The notes under the pieces were generated by a model. It ran no database searches, was not told the DNA's origin, and saw only the letters and a list, made by a program, of their open reading frames with translations. Positions 9,704 through 19,829 of a stretch of 64,000 bases of DNA are shown here, piece by piece. A program made the translations under genes and the position numbers. The stretch comes from Histomonas meleagridis 2922-C6/04-290x (taxonomy: Eukaryota; Protista; Parabasalia). Within the stretch, counting starts at the first letter, position 1. Every line of letters begins with the position of its first letter. The stretch is from contig JAANOX010000258.1 in the NCBI GenBank assembly GCA_020184695.1, forward strand, positions 648,676 to 712,675, in the 5' to 3' direction.

Positions 9704-11701
9704 TTATCCGACTGTGTTCGCATTGGCTTCGCTTTGCTCTGTCTCGTCTTCAGTTTGCGCATTTGCGTTTTCTTCTTCCGGATGTTCCGTTTCGTTTATA
9801 TTTTGTGTATTTGAATTTTCAAACTCGTTAACTGTTTGCGTTAACTCATTTGAATGTTCCGATTCATTTTCGTTTTGTTGCTGTGTTTCGCTTCCGTCCT
9901 GCGCACTCACAGCTCTGTCCTGCGCAATGGCTTCATCACGTTCGTCCTCATTTCCGTTTTGCGTGTTTTCGCTTGGAGTTGTTCCGCTTTGCTCATTGAC
10001 ATTTTCTTCGTTTTGAACATTTGTATTTTCGCTTTGAGTTACATTACTTTGATCAATTTGTACATTAACATTTTCTTCGTTTTGTACATTTGCATTTTCA
10101 CTTTGAGTTACATTACTTTGATCAATTTGTACATTAACATTTTCTTCGTTTTGAACATTTGCATTTTCGCTTTGAGTTACATTACTTTGATCAATTTGTA
10201 CATTAACATTTTCTTCGTTTTGAACATTTGCATTTTCGCTTTGAGTTACATTACTTTGATCAATTTGTACATTAACATTTTCTTCGTTTTGAATATTTGC
10301 ATTTTCACTTTGAGTTACATTACTTTGATCATTTTGTTCATTTACATTTTCTTCGTTTTGTATATTTGCATTTTCACTTTGAGTTACATTACTTTGATCA
10401 TTTTGTTCATTTACATTTTCTTCGTTTTGCGCGTTTGCATTTATATTTTCATTTTGTGCACTTAAAGTTCCGCTTTGTGCATTTGCATTTTCGTGTTCCA
10501 AAACTTCTTCTTCCTCTTCGACTTCTTCTTCCACGTATTCGTATTCATATTCATAATCCTTTTCGTTATTGTTGTTATTACTATTGCTTTTTATCTTCTT
10601 CTTTTTGTTCACCGGCACAATTGTACTTGACTCAAGTTCGTCTTCCTCCTCAGCATGGCGAATACGGCTGTCGAAGTCGCTTCCCAAATCGGCTGAGTTT
10701 CCCTCGTTTTTCTTTGACTTAAACATGTCATTGAATGACGAAAAATGGAAATCCGATGAGTGCAAACGGAGGTATTTAACTTCGGGGAGTTGTGTGCATG
10801 GTATTCCAAGTTTGTCAAGAGTAAATTGTATGCACAAACGTATCCAACTTTTAGCGCGTGTGCCATTGTGTCCTTTGGTCAGCGGCATTATGAATTTTTC
10901 GTCACTTTTACACGCAGTATATAATTCGATCGCATGTTGGAAGGGTATAAACTCATCATCTTCGGCGTGACCGAATATAACTGGAGTGGTCATGCTCTGG
11001 ACTGAAACTAATGGTGAAACATCATCAAGATTGAAATTGGCAATCTTGATGATCTTTTGTTTAAGTACCCATATAACTAATCTGACAAAGGCTTTCGGAA
11101 AATTCATCGATGAGGCAATGGCTCTACACATGTCGGGTATGGAAGTAAATGAGGAGTCACATATTATACCAGCAACATATGGCGACTTAACTAAAAGTGA
11201 TGTGGCTGCCCCCATGGATCGTCCCCAAATAACAAATTTATTGATGTTAAACATGCGAAAAAGAGCACTGAATAAAAATTCGACATCTTCCTTCTCAAAA
11301 TATCCTAATGAAATGTACTCGCCACCGCTTCGCCCACACCCTGCAAAGTCAAAACAAAAGACAAATATCCCATAATCACAAAAATTTGGTACAAGAAATT
11401 GTCCTTCAAGTTGACAGGAAGAATTTCCATGAAGATAACAGAGGCAAGAGCCACCACTCATTGGATTGGAATCTATGGAATGATATAACGATCCAACAAT
11501 AACTTGATTGCGTGGATTAACAAAAGATAATGGTTGGCGTATATATTTTTTGTCGGCACATTCAAGAACTAGTGGCATTTTTTCTAAATTGTAGTCTTTT
11601 CGTGGAGGTCGAATGATTGCATCAACCCCTTTTTTGAGTAAGCTCGACATTGCCGTACTTAGCCCCCAATTATTTAAATAAACGGTTTCGCATTTGCACA
11701 T
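9704..11701 (-). CDS. Alpha/beta-hydrolase (ABHD/YqkD-like) with acidic, Asn/Gln-rich repetitive C-terminal tail
   Basis: AIIRPPR, YLHGNSSCQLEG, FDFAGCGRSGGEYISLGYFE, nucleophile elbow WGRSMGA, Asp (HAEDDEFIP) and His (KGHN). The track start at 11725 is GTG; first ATG is 11701, and a downstream ATG (MSSLLKK) is also possible. Confidence 0.85.
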   Translation of the reverse strand: MCKCETVYLNNWGLSTAMSSLLKKGVDAIIRPPRKDYNLEKMPLVLECADKKYIRQPLSFVNPRNQVIVGSLYHSIDSNPMSGGSCLCYLHGNSSCQLEGQFLVPNFCDYGIFVFCFDFAGCGRSGGEYISLGYFEKEDVEFLFSALFRMFNINKFVIWGRSMGAATSLLVKSPYVAGIICDSSFTSIPDMCRAIASSMNFPKAFVRLVIWVLKQKIIKIANFNLDDVSPLVSVQSMTTPVIFGHAEDDEFIPFQHAIELYTACKSDEKFIMPLTKGHNGTRAKSWIRLCIQFTLDKLGIPCTQLPEVKYLRLHSSDFHFSSFNDMFKSKKNEGNSADLGSDFDSRIRHAEEEDELESSTIVPVNKKKKIKSNSNNNNNEKDYEYEYEYVEEEVEEEEEVLEHENANAQSGTLSAQNENINANAQNEENVNEQNDQSNVTQSENANIQNEENVNEQNDQSNVTQSENANIQNEENVNVQIDQSNVTQSENANVQNEENVNVQIDQSNVTQSENANVQNEENVNVQIDQSNVTQSENANVQNEENVNVQIDQSNVTQSENTNVQNEENVNEQSGTTPSENTQNGNEDERDEAIAQDRAVSAQDGSETQQQNENESEHSNELTQTVNEFENSNTQNINETEHPEEENANAQTEDETEQSEANANTVG
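10000..10441 (-). repeat. 69-bp (23-aa) coding tandem repeat, ~6.5 copies
   Basis: Units of NAN(I/V)QNEENVN(E/V)Q(N/I)DQSNVTQSE within the hydrolase ORF. Confidence 0.95.
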
Positions 11702-11831
11702 ATTATTCAAAATTGAATCATCCACAAAGAAAATTCTATCGTTCGGTTACATTTTTTTATCAACTTTTCTAAACAATTTTTTGATCATGTTCTCCATCAA
11801 GACAAAACAATATACGACAAAAATAAAGATA

Positions 11832-12623
11832 TTACGTAAGTTTACAAAATGATAAGGCAAATTCATCTAAAGCTGCGAATGTTTCTATATTATTCACTTT
11901 TGAAAGATGTTGAGCAGAATTCCGGTGATCCGTACCATCATGATAAGAAACACCGCATATCTCACAATAACCATAATTTCCAGGTCCAACCTGAAAATTG
12001 TGACGATTATTTTGAGCTTGAGTTGCGTTGTGCGGTCGCCCCTTCACATCTAAGTTCGTTGGCGGTTGCACAAAAGGAGAAAGTAAGTAATCTTTTGAAT
12101 TTGATGGAATCAAATATAACTTCGGATAATCATTCATTACCAAAAAGTTTGGTCTAGCACTATGATTTAAATCTGCAAGGACAATCTTTGGACCTTCGTA
12201 TGATTTTTCGGATATTTGAAGTCTCTTTGGTTTTACAAAAGCCCAAGGAATCTGTTGAGCTAATATAATTCTTGGCGCTATTCTTGTCCCTTTGGCGAGT
12301 TCTGTGATGAACTGTGATTTAATAGCTTCTGTTTTTGTTGAATCTGTTATTATTACTTCTGGCTGTGGAAATTCATTTTTTAAAATCTTGGCACCCGCGA
12401 CGCAAAGCATTGATTCTACGAGATTTTTTTGAGCAAGGTTTTCTAGAAGTACAACAACATTGAGACCGCTGAAAATCTTCGGATGGAGAATGGTTGAATT
12501 CCAATTATCTTCAATTACTTTTTTATTATTGGCTGTAAGTTTTTTATGGTTTGTATGTATTAAAGCAAAGTCAGAAGGAGAAATTTTCCGAGACCTATCT
12601 ACTGCTGATACATAAATATTCAT
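11832..12623 (-). CDS. Dbf4/ASK-like protein (BRCT-like N motif plus C-terminal zf-DBF)
   Basis: C-terminal GYCEICGVSYHDGTDHRNSAQH (CxxC...H...H, zf-DBF), preceded by a BRCT-like segment (LCVAGAKI...VIITD). Confidence 0.7.
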   Translation of the reverse strand: MNIYVSAVDRSRKISPSDFALIHTNHKKLTANNKKVIEDNWNSTILHPKIFSGLNVVVLLENLAQKNLVESMLCVAGAKILKNEFPQPEVIITDSTKTEAIKSQFITELAKGTRIAPRIILAQQIPWAFVKPKRLQISEKSYEGPKIVLADLNHSARPNFLVMNDYPKLYLIPSNSKDYLLSPFVQPPTNLDVKGRPHNATQAQNNRHNFQVGPGNYGYCEICGVSYHDGTDHRNSAQHLSKVNNIETFAALDEFALSFCKLT

Positions 12624-12963
12624 TCCTTCAGGCCAGAAAATGATTTCATTTCACACCCACTTTTCCCCCGGGTAAAATTGAATGGAAATCCCCGGGTCTT
12701 TTGACGGTTATTTTAATAATTTAAACGGCATGCTTAAACGGGTTCAAATTGCATAAACTGTTTTTATTTTATGGCTTCCTATATTTTCCCCCTTAAGGTG
12801 TTATTTGATATCAAATAATTTCAGTGATTTATAAAGGGTATGAATAAATGCATTAAACTATATAATTTTTTTGTTACTAAATTAAATGATTTAACCATTA
12901 TTTCTTCGTTTCAATGAGGAAAAATTATAAAAACTTATAATATTTCTCTAATAAAAATTTTAT

Positions 12964-13479
12964 TCATGCTTTTCGCCCTGGAGAAGTGCTTTCAATTAAT
13001 GTGATATAAAAGTACATAATAGTCCATATAATAGTAAAGAATGTGAACCTTTTGGTTGCCTCAAAGAGGAGGTATGTTCCAAGAAGTGTGAGGAAACAAC
13101 CTTTATACTGTGCATGACCGATATCAAATGGAAATCCTTGAATAGGAGGAGAATTGTCAAGGCCAAGTTCCCAGCCATAGTATGCGCGCACTTTACCGAG
13201 ACGATTATAAACAATATAATTAAGGTATTGACCGATTGCAATGCAAACAACACTTATATAAATATACTTAAATGTAAACTTACCTTGGAAACCATATGCT
13301 GCATATAACACCATACAGATTGTCTTCATAATAGATGATAATAAGACAAGTTGATTTTGAGTCATAAAGCGTTTAAATGTTTGGGGGAATTTGTACGCAA
13401 TTGAATAAAGAATATATGGCGTAACAAGCGTTATGAATAAGATTAGATCAAAGATGTTAACTGTAATTATTATTGGCAT
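12964..13479 (-). CDS. Phospholipid methyltransferase (PEMT-family) membrane protein
   Basis: Hydrophobic helices, IGQYLNYIVYNRLGKVRAYYG and GFPFDIGHAQYKG (PEMT/ICMT-type HPxYxG-like motif). Confidence 0.7.
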   Translation of the reverse strand: MPIIITVNIFDLILFITLVTPYILYSIAYKFPQTFKRFMTQNQLVLLSSIMKTICMVLYAAYGFQGKFTFKYIYISVVCIAIGQYLNYIVYNRLGKVRAYYGWELGLDNSPPIQGFPFDIGHAQYKGCFLTLLGTYLLFEATKRFTFFTIIWTIMYFYITLIESTSPGRKA

Positions 13480-13532
13480 CTAATAATTAAAAGTTTCCGA
13501 AATTTTAACGGACTTTGCCCCCCCCCCCATTT

Positions 13533-15965
13533 TCATCCATGCTGAAATGGGGAAGAAAATGTTGTTACTAGTTTTCCCTCATTCGGAATAACTATTACAT
13601 TTAAGTAGTACCAATCAAATGTATAATAAAAATTATAATAACCAACCATGGGTATATTAAAAATCATTGAGTAGAAAATAGAATATTGAATGGAATTATG
13701 TGATGAATTAGTTCCTAATTGGTTTTGTAAATTAACATTCGTAAATCGCTTTTTTTGATTTTGTTTTGTAAATGATTTGTCAGTTTGTGTTACTTTATCA
13801 ATTTTTGTATAATGCTTATCTTTTAATAATTTCATAATTTCTGTGTTTCCTTCTTTTAACGAAAGCATAAATGCTGTATTAAATGAATAAGAAAAATTCC
13901 AAATTTTCTTTTGGGATATCATACTAACAAAATAAATATTAAGCAAATCACGAAAACATTTTTTATGTTAATATCAGTATCGTTTTGTTTAAGAAGTAAT
14001 TTTACTATTTCACTGTGGCCTTTTTTAGTTGCTTTCATGAATGCTGTTTCAAGACAACTTAATAAATTCCGAATTACGTAATAAGATCCAAAATATAATT
14101 AAGAATCTAAAAATGAAAAAATCAAATATCTTTAATATTAACATTAATATTGTTTTGCTTAAGAAGTATTCTAACGATTTCAATTCGACAATTTTCGGAT
14201 GCTTCAATAAGTACAGTTTGAAATAATCAAGATAAATTCCAAATATTTTTATAAAATATAAAATAATTAATATAAATTCTAACTTAAATGTATGAATATC
14301 CCGAATATTAACATCAATATCTTCTTTTGCAAGAAGTAATTTAACAATCTCTATATTACACTTTTTAGATGCACACATAAGTGCTGTTTGAAACAATATG
14401 AATATTTTCCAAAATTAAAATTGAAACTAAAAATTTTTATAGTAAAATTTCAATAAATTAAATAAACATTTTTAGTATTAACATTAATTTTCTTATCTGC
14501 AAGAAGTGTTTTACAAATCTCGATAGCGTTATTTCCAGCTGCAATAATGAGTGCTGTATAAAATAAATCTTATAAATTCCAAATGAAATTTTGAAAAATA
14601 ATGTTAATAATATAAACATTATTAAATATAAACAAATAGTTTTTGCATTAATATCGATATCTTCACAGGTTAAAAGCAGTTTTACAATTTCATGATTTTT
14701 ATTACTAGATGCATTTGTAAGAGCAGTCCAAAATAATTTAAATAAACTCCAAATATATTAATGAAATATTATTTTATTGATTTAAACATTGAATATTATA
14801 TTTATACATCTTTTGCATTAACATCAATTTCCTTTTGTTCTAGAAGATATTTAACTAAATCAATATTTTCTGAATAAGATGAAGCAATTAAAATATCTTT
14901 TGGAATTTGGTTTTCTTCAATAATTTGTTTAACAAGAAAGAAATTACCAATTGTTGCTGCTTCAATGATTATAGATTCATTAATTTTCATTCCTTCATTA
15001 ATTAAAAAAGATAATATTTTATAATTATGATATAAAACACAATTTTTTCCTAAATCACTTAAATCTTTAATTTTTATAATTTCATTTTCATAAAGATAAT
15101 GAAAAATTTCATTTCGATGAAACATTATTGCTGTTTCATATGCATATTCAAATGTTGAATGATTTTGTTCACAAATATGAATTATTTCTAAGTTTCCACT
15201 TGCAACTGCATATTTCCCTGTGTTCCTTAAGTTAGAACCATTTAACATTAAGTATTTAAAACATTTTATTGCCTCAAAAAATGCTGCATAATCAATTAAT
15301 GTAACATCGTTTTTGTTAATGAATGAGCATTTTTCGTAAAGAGATGGTTCGATTGTTTGATTGAAATTAAAATTTGTTTGTGATGAAATTTGTTGTAACT
15401 TACTTACATCATCTTGTTGAATTGCTTTTGCTATATCTTCTGGATTAACACCATTTTGTATTAACATTTTATGTAGTTTCCAATTATCTTTTGAAAGTTT
15501 TTCAAAGTTTTGTAAAAATTGTTTTGCAAAATTATCAGTGGACTTTATAGCATTAAAACATGAATTTAATTCTTCTTTTGTCTTAAAATGTGCAAAATAT
15601 AAAGATTTATTATGTTCAATAAATTTAACATCAACAAATTTTTGTTCAATTAAATTTTGGATCAAAAAATTGGATTCTTGTGAATGATTATTTGGAATAA
15701 TATAATTAAGGAAAAAGTCAAATATTTTATTAATTCCATTGATTTCCTTTTCTTCAATTTCTTTCAAATAATTAAAATATATGTTATGACCCTTTCTATT
15801 ACAAGAAAAAGCAGAATAAATCAATTGACAAATTAAAAAATTAAATGAAAATTGATAATCAGGATAATACAAATCAATTGTTGATTTAACCATTTCATTA
15901 ATATTATTTGAATCCAATTCGAAAATGATCTGTTCCATATCCTGTAAAAACTTAAGTTGCTTCAT
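13533..15965 (-). CDS. DUF3447-type ankyrin-repeat protein; coding sequence interrupted by 24 17-nt inserts
   Basis: ORF 15965-14802 is a paralog of 8146-6881 (TLIDYAAFFEAIKCFKYL, FHRNEIFHYL). Five further stop-free ankyrin segments and a terminal segment follow, with the T-codon recurring at an exact 170-bp period (14727, 14557, 14387, 14217, 14047, 13877). Confidence 0.85.
13881..14807 (-). other. 6 clusters of four 17-nt inserts separating single codons (putative non-canonical micro-introns)
   Basis: Removing the inserts gives NAKD-NNG-WTAL, NAKT-NYG-YTAL, NTKN-KLG-QTAL, NIRD-RYG-QTVL, NIKD-LWG-ETAF and NIKN-NDG-NTAF. Confidence 0.92.
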
Positions 15966-16031
15966 TATACCAACTGCTCACCACATTGAAAATTGAATTA
16001 AAAACGATCAAAATTATGTAAAATTTCGTGT

Positions 16032-16790
16032 TTAGACGACTGAGATTGTACCCCTCCTGCGACCAGTACGGCGGGCGGCGACGAGACCAACCTTTTGACC
16101 TGGACGAGCATTACGTGAAACTGTTGATGGCTTACCGATGTGTTGATGTGAACCACCACCATATGGGTGATCGACTGGGTTCATAGCTGTACCACGGACA
16201 ACTGGCCATGCCTTCCTCTTTGCGGCGTACTTGTGGGCAACTGTACCGGCCTTAAGGAGTGGCTTTTCGAGACGACCACCACCAGATACAACACCAAGGC
16301 ATGCGCGGCAGTTGCTGGAAACAACGACCTTACGGCCAGATGGAAGTTGGACACGTGTGTAGCCATCATCATTGTGTGTGATGACACGGCATGAATCGCC
16401 TGAGCAACGGCCATAACGACCGCCATCTCCTGGATGATGTTCAACATTGCAAACTTCAGCACCTTCTGGGATTTGGCCAAGTGGGAGGATGTTACCAACA
16501 TGAAGGGAGGCTGTGGAACCAACTTGGATTAATTGACCTGTGTGGATACCTTCTGGAGCGATAACAAGATGCCTTTCAAGACCTGCTTTACCAGACTTTT
16601 GGAAAACAAGTTGGGCAAGTGGTGCGCCTCTTCCTGGATCGTGGATGATGTCTTTGACGACGCCAACAATTTGTGCGGATCTTTGGGCAGCAGTTAATGG
16701 CATGAACTTGGCAGCACCCTTCCTGTGGTGTGTGTGTGCACGGAAAACGTTACCATTACCTTTACGCTGAGCACGAATGATGTGTCCCAT
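16032..16790 (-). CDS. RPL8: 60S ribosomal protein L8 (uL2)
   Basis: [11 protein letters not shown]...[13 protein letters not shown]...[25 protein letters not shown]. True ATG is at 16790; the track start is an upstream near-cognate codon. Confidence 0.98.
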   Translation of the reverse strand: MGHIIRAQRKGNGNVFRAHTHHRKGAAKFMPLTAAQRSAQIVGVVKDIIHDPGRGAPLAQLVFQKSGKAGLERHLVIAPEGIHTGQLIQVGSTASLHVGNILPLGQIPEGAEVCNVEHHPGDGGRYGRCSGDSCRVITHNDDGYTRVQLPSGRKVVVSSNCRACLGVVSGGGRLEKPLLKAGTVAHKYAAKRKAWPVVRGTAMNPVDHPYGGGSHQHIGKPSTVSRNARPGQKVGLVAARRTGRRRGTISVV

Positions 16791-17070
16791 CTGAGTCAAG
16801 GCTTGACCAAAACCGTCAAAATCAAACAAACCGCCAAAGAAAGGAAAAAATTTTTTTTTTCATTGATTAAGATGTTAATATCAATCATTGTCCTAATAAA
16901 TTCGCATACTTTTTTTGCCAATTGGAATTTTTAAAAAAATTAATTAATTATTTCCAAATTTTGCATTTCAAATGAAATCATTTTCCAAACTTATAGAGAT
17001 TTAGAAAAGGATTTGGAGAAGAACAACAGCAAAATGAATTTTCCATTTGTAGCTTTTATTCATTGAGAAA

Positions 17071-18288
17071 TTAGTGGCTACGAGCAGCAGCAACAGCCTT
17101 TTCACCAGCCTCTGTAAGGTTGCTAGCGGGGATGATTGGGAGACCTGATTCCTTAAGGATCTTCTTACCAAGGTCAACGTTTGTGCCTTCGAGTCTAACA
17201 ACGAGTGGGATCTTAAGTCCGACCTTCTTCACGGCTGCGATGACGCCCTTAGCGATCATATCGCACTTAACAATACCGCCGAAGATGTTAACAAGAATTG
17301 CCTTAACCTTTGGGTTTGAGCTGATGATAAGGAATCCTTCAGTGACGGCCTTCTCAGAAGCGGCGCCACCAAGGTCGAGGAAGTTGGCTGGATCGCCACC
17401 GGATAATTTGATGACATCCATTGTAGCCATTGCGAGACCTGCGCCATTAACAAGACATGCGATATCACCATCAAGTTGGACGTAGTTAAGGCCATACTTC
17501 TCGGCACGAAGTTCCATTGGGTTAACTTGTTTAAGGTCGCGGTAACTGAAGATTTGTTTCTGACGATAATGAGCAGCATCATCGAAGTTGAATTTGGAAT
17601 CGACTGTGATGATACGGCCATCAACTGTTTCGGCAAGTGGGTTAACTTCGACTTGTGTGGCATCTGATCCGACAAATAATTTCCAAAGCTTTTGCATTTC
17701 TTGAACACCGCTTTCGAATGCAGCACCTTCAAGGCCAAGCTTCTTGGCAAGGCGCTTGGCGACATCTTCTGTGATACCATCAACACCATCAAGAACTTCC
17801 TTGAAGATTGCATTTGGTTGATTCTTGGCAACTTCTTCGATTTCGACACCACCTTGTGTTGAGGCAATGACTACTGGTGCTTGTGAAGCACGGTCAAGGA
17901 GAATTGCGAAGTATAATTCACGCTTGATTTCAACTGGGTCTGAAAGCATAACACACTTGCAAAGTGCGCCTTCTTTTGTTGTTTGCTTTGTACGGAGATG
18001 TCTACCAATCATTTTAGCAGCAACTTGTTTAGCTTCTTCGGCTGATTTGACGAAATGAACACCTGATTTGAAACCATCTTCAACCCATGTGCCTTTTCCA
18101 CGGCCACCAGCATAAACTTGAGCCTTAACAACGACTGCTGGAAGGCCAATCTTCTTGAAGGCTTCTGCGGCTTCATCTGGTGTGAAAGCAACTTGATTAA
18201 TACCGGCGGAAACATTGAATTTGGCGCAAATTTCCTTGGATTGATATTCGAGGATATTGAACTTGCGTGAAAAGCTTGTTGAAAGCAT
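17071..18288 (-). CDS. Succinyl-CoA synthetase beta subunit, hydrogenosomal
   Basis: NILEYQSK, KAQVYAGGRGKG, EVNPL, DSKFNFDDAAHYRQ, LVNGAGLAMATMDVI, PANFLDLGG, NIFGGIVKCD; short MLSTSFSR(K) hydrogenosomal-type presequence. Confidence 0.97.
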   Translation of the reverse strand: MLSTSFSRKFNILEYQSKEICAKFNVSAGINQVAFTPDEAAEAFKKIGLPAVVVKAQVYAGGRGKGTWVEDGFKSGVHFVKSAEEAKQVAAKMIGRHLRTKQTTKEGALCKCVMLSDPVEIKRELYFAILLDRASQAPVVIASTQGGVEIEEVAKNQPNAIFKEVLDGVDGITEDVAKRLAKKLGLEGAAFESGVQEMQKLWKLFVGSDATQVEVNPLAETVDGRIITVDSKFNFDDAAHYRQKQIFSYRDLKQVNPMELRAEKYGLNYVQLDGDIACLVNGAGLAMATMDVIKLSGGDPANFLDLGGAASEKAVTEGFLIISSNPKVKAILVNIFGGIVKCDMIAKGVIAAVKKVGLKIPLVVRLEGTNVDLGKKILKESGLPIIPASNLTEAGEKAVAAARSH

Positions 18289-18403
18289 TTAAAGTGAAGT
18301 GGCCAATGCTTCAGAAACTGTTTTGAATTTTTTGAATCGCTGTAACCAAACATAAAAGTGACATAAATTTGTCATCGTCGTAAACTTCTCAAAAGCATAT
18401 TAA

Positions 18404-19702
18404 ATGGGACAAGGGTCATCGGCAAATCTCGAAAATTTATTACATCCAAAACCTTTAAAGAAATATAAGTACTTTGACAGAAGATGTACGTATAGATCAG
18501 AAGCTCTAGAAATTTCACCAGAGGAAATGAACCGAATCGAATCTATCAAACCTGAAGCTGTATCACCAGTAACAATTCAGGCTCCTGAAGGAAAAGTGAA
18601 AGTTATCATTGACACAGATATTGGTACTGATCTTGATGATGCATTAGCTTTACTTTATTCTTTACGTACTGAAAAACTTGATATATTAGGACTCACTACA
18701 ATGTATGGCCCTGCAAAAGTACGTGCCGTTTATGCTCAAAGAATGTTATCTGCGCATATTAAATGTCGACCAGATTATAAACCATTTCCGGTCATTGCTG
18801 GAGCAGAAACACAAATTGGAACTCATCGTGATATCTTTATAGATTATAAAGAAGGAGTTGGTCTTCTTAAAAAAGAAGAAATTGAAGAACTTGGAGATCC
18901 TCAAAAATGGGGCAAAGGTAATCAATATGAAGCTGCTGATTTTATTGCCAAAACTATTAAAGAAAATCCAAATGAAGTTACAATTGCTTCTATTGGAATA
19001 CCGACAAATATTGCTTTAGCAATTTTGAAGTATCCCGAAATTGTTCCACTTATCAAAGAAATAGTTTTCATGGGCTGTGGGCATCCAGTAGTTGCTGGCA
19101 AAGCAATAATATCCAAATATAAATCATCAAAAAATGAATGGGACGATAAAACGCCGATAGAGTTCCCGTGGGGCACCCCAAGTCTTCAAGCATCGATTCA
19201 AGAATATATCGAAAGTGGACACATAATTCATTTTACACCTAATCATAATTTTTCTGGTGATTCCATGGCCACGTCCATCATTTTTTCACATCCTGAACTC
19301 AAAGTTCGAATTGTGTCATCATTTATCACACATAAATGTTGGCTAAAAGGAAAAGCCATTGATTATCTAAAAGAAGTAGCGCAAAATTTAACACCAGAAG
19401 AACGTAATGATCCAACAAAACCACAGAGTGTTGTTGCGATTAATCTCGATGAATGGTTTAAGTTTAGGAATGGTAATGGAGGCGGACAATGTCCACATGA
19501 TCCGCTCACGCTGCATGAAGTTGCATATCAGGGAACTGATTCGCACGTTGTGTATTTGCCCGGCACAATGATAATACACGAATGGGCGGCATTTGGTACT
19601 TTCGTGCCTCATAAAGATGGAAAACATTTGATCGGAGTGGCGATGAATGGAACTGAAGAATTCTTAGAACATTTGACCGACGTTTTGACACAAGAGAAAT
19701 AA
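18404..19702 (+). CDS. Inosine-uridine-preferring nucleoside hydrolase family protein
   Basis: VIIDTDIGTDLDDALAL (DxDxxxDD), IASIGIPTNIALA, HNF..D and PHDPL motifs; N-terminus MGQGSS. Confidence 0.88.
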   Translation: MGQGSSANLENLLHPKPLKKYKYFDRRCTYRSEALEISPEEMNRIESIKPEAVSPVTIQAPEGKVKVIIDTDIGTDLDDALALLYSLRTEKLDILGLTTMYGPAKVRAVYAQRMLSAHIKCRPDYKPFPVIAGAETQIGTHRDIFIDYKEGVGLLKKEEIEELGDPQKWGKGNQYEAADFIAKTIKENPNEVTIASIGIPTNIALAILKYPEIVPLIKEIVFMGCGHPVVAGKAIISKYKSSKNEWDDKTPIEFPWGTPSLQASIQEYIESGHIIHFTPNHNFSGDSMATSIIFSHPELKVRIVSSFITHKCWLKGKAIDYLKEVAQNLTPEERNDPTKPQSVVAINLDEWFKFRNGNGGGQCPHDPLTLHEVAYQGTDSHVVYLPGTMIIHEWAAFGTFVPHKDGKHLIGVAMNGTEEFLEHLTDVLTQEK

Positions 19703-19829
19703 CTTATTTACTAAAAAAAAAAATATATAATTTTTATTCTTTTGTTAAATATTAATTTCTTACGTGTGGAGATGAAGTTATGTAACAAATTCGATGTGAA
19801 ATTTATTTATTATATTAATAAACGTAACG

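Noticed and set aside
4561-14807. Ankyrin spacers as canonical GT-AG or U12-type AT-AC introns
   Set aside because: There is no 3' AG and no ACTAAC branch point. Using the AC of the ACA codon as an acceptor breaks the frame, and sliding the 17-nt windows does not give consistent GT-AG ends.
13881-14807. Each 77-nt spacer as one intron
   Set aside because: It would delete the conserved Gly and give 31-aa repeats, and it cannot explain spacer lengths varying in exact steps of 17 (77, 60, 43).
9687-18353. Antisense or overlapping track ORFs (e.g. 9854-10465, 10569-10970, 16181-16522, 17256-17867, 17120-17485)
   Set aside because: They are shadows of real genes on the other strand or frame, helped by repeats and codon bias.
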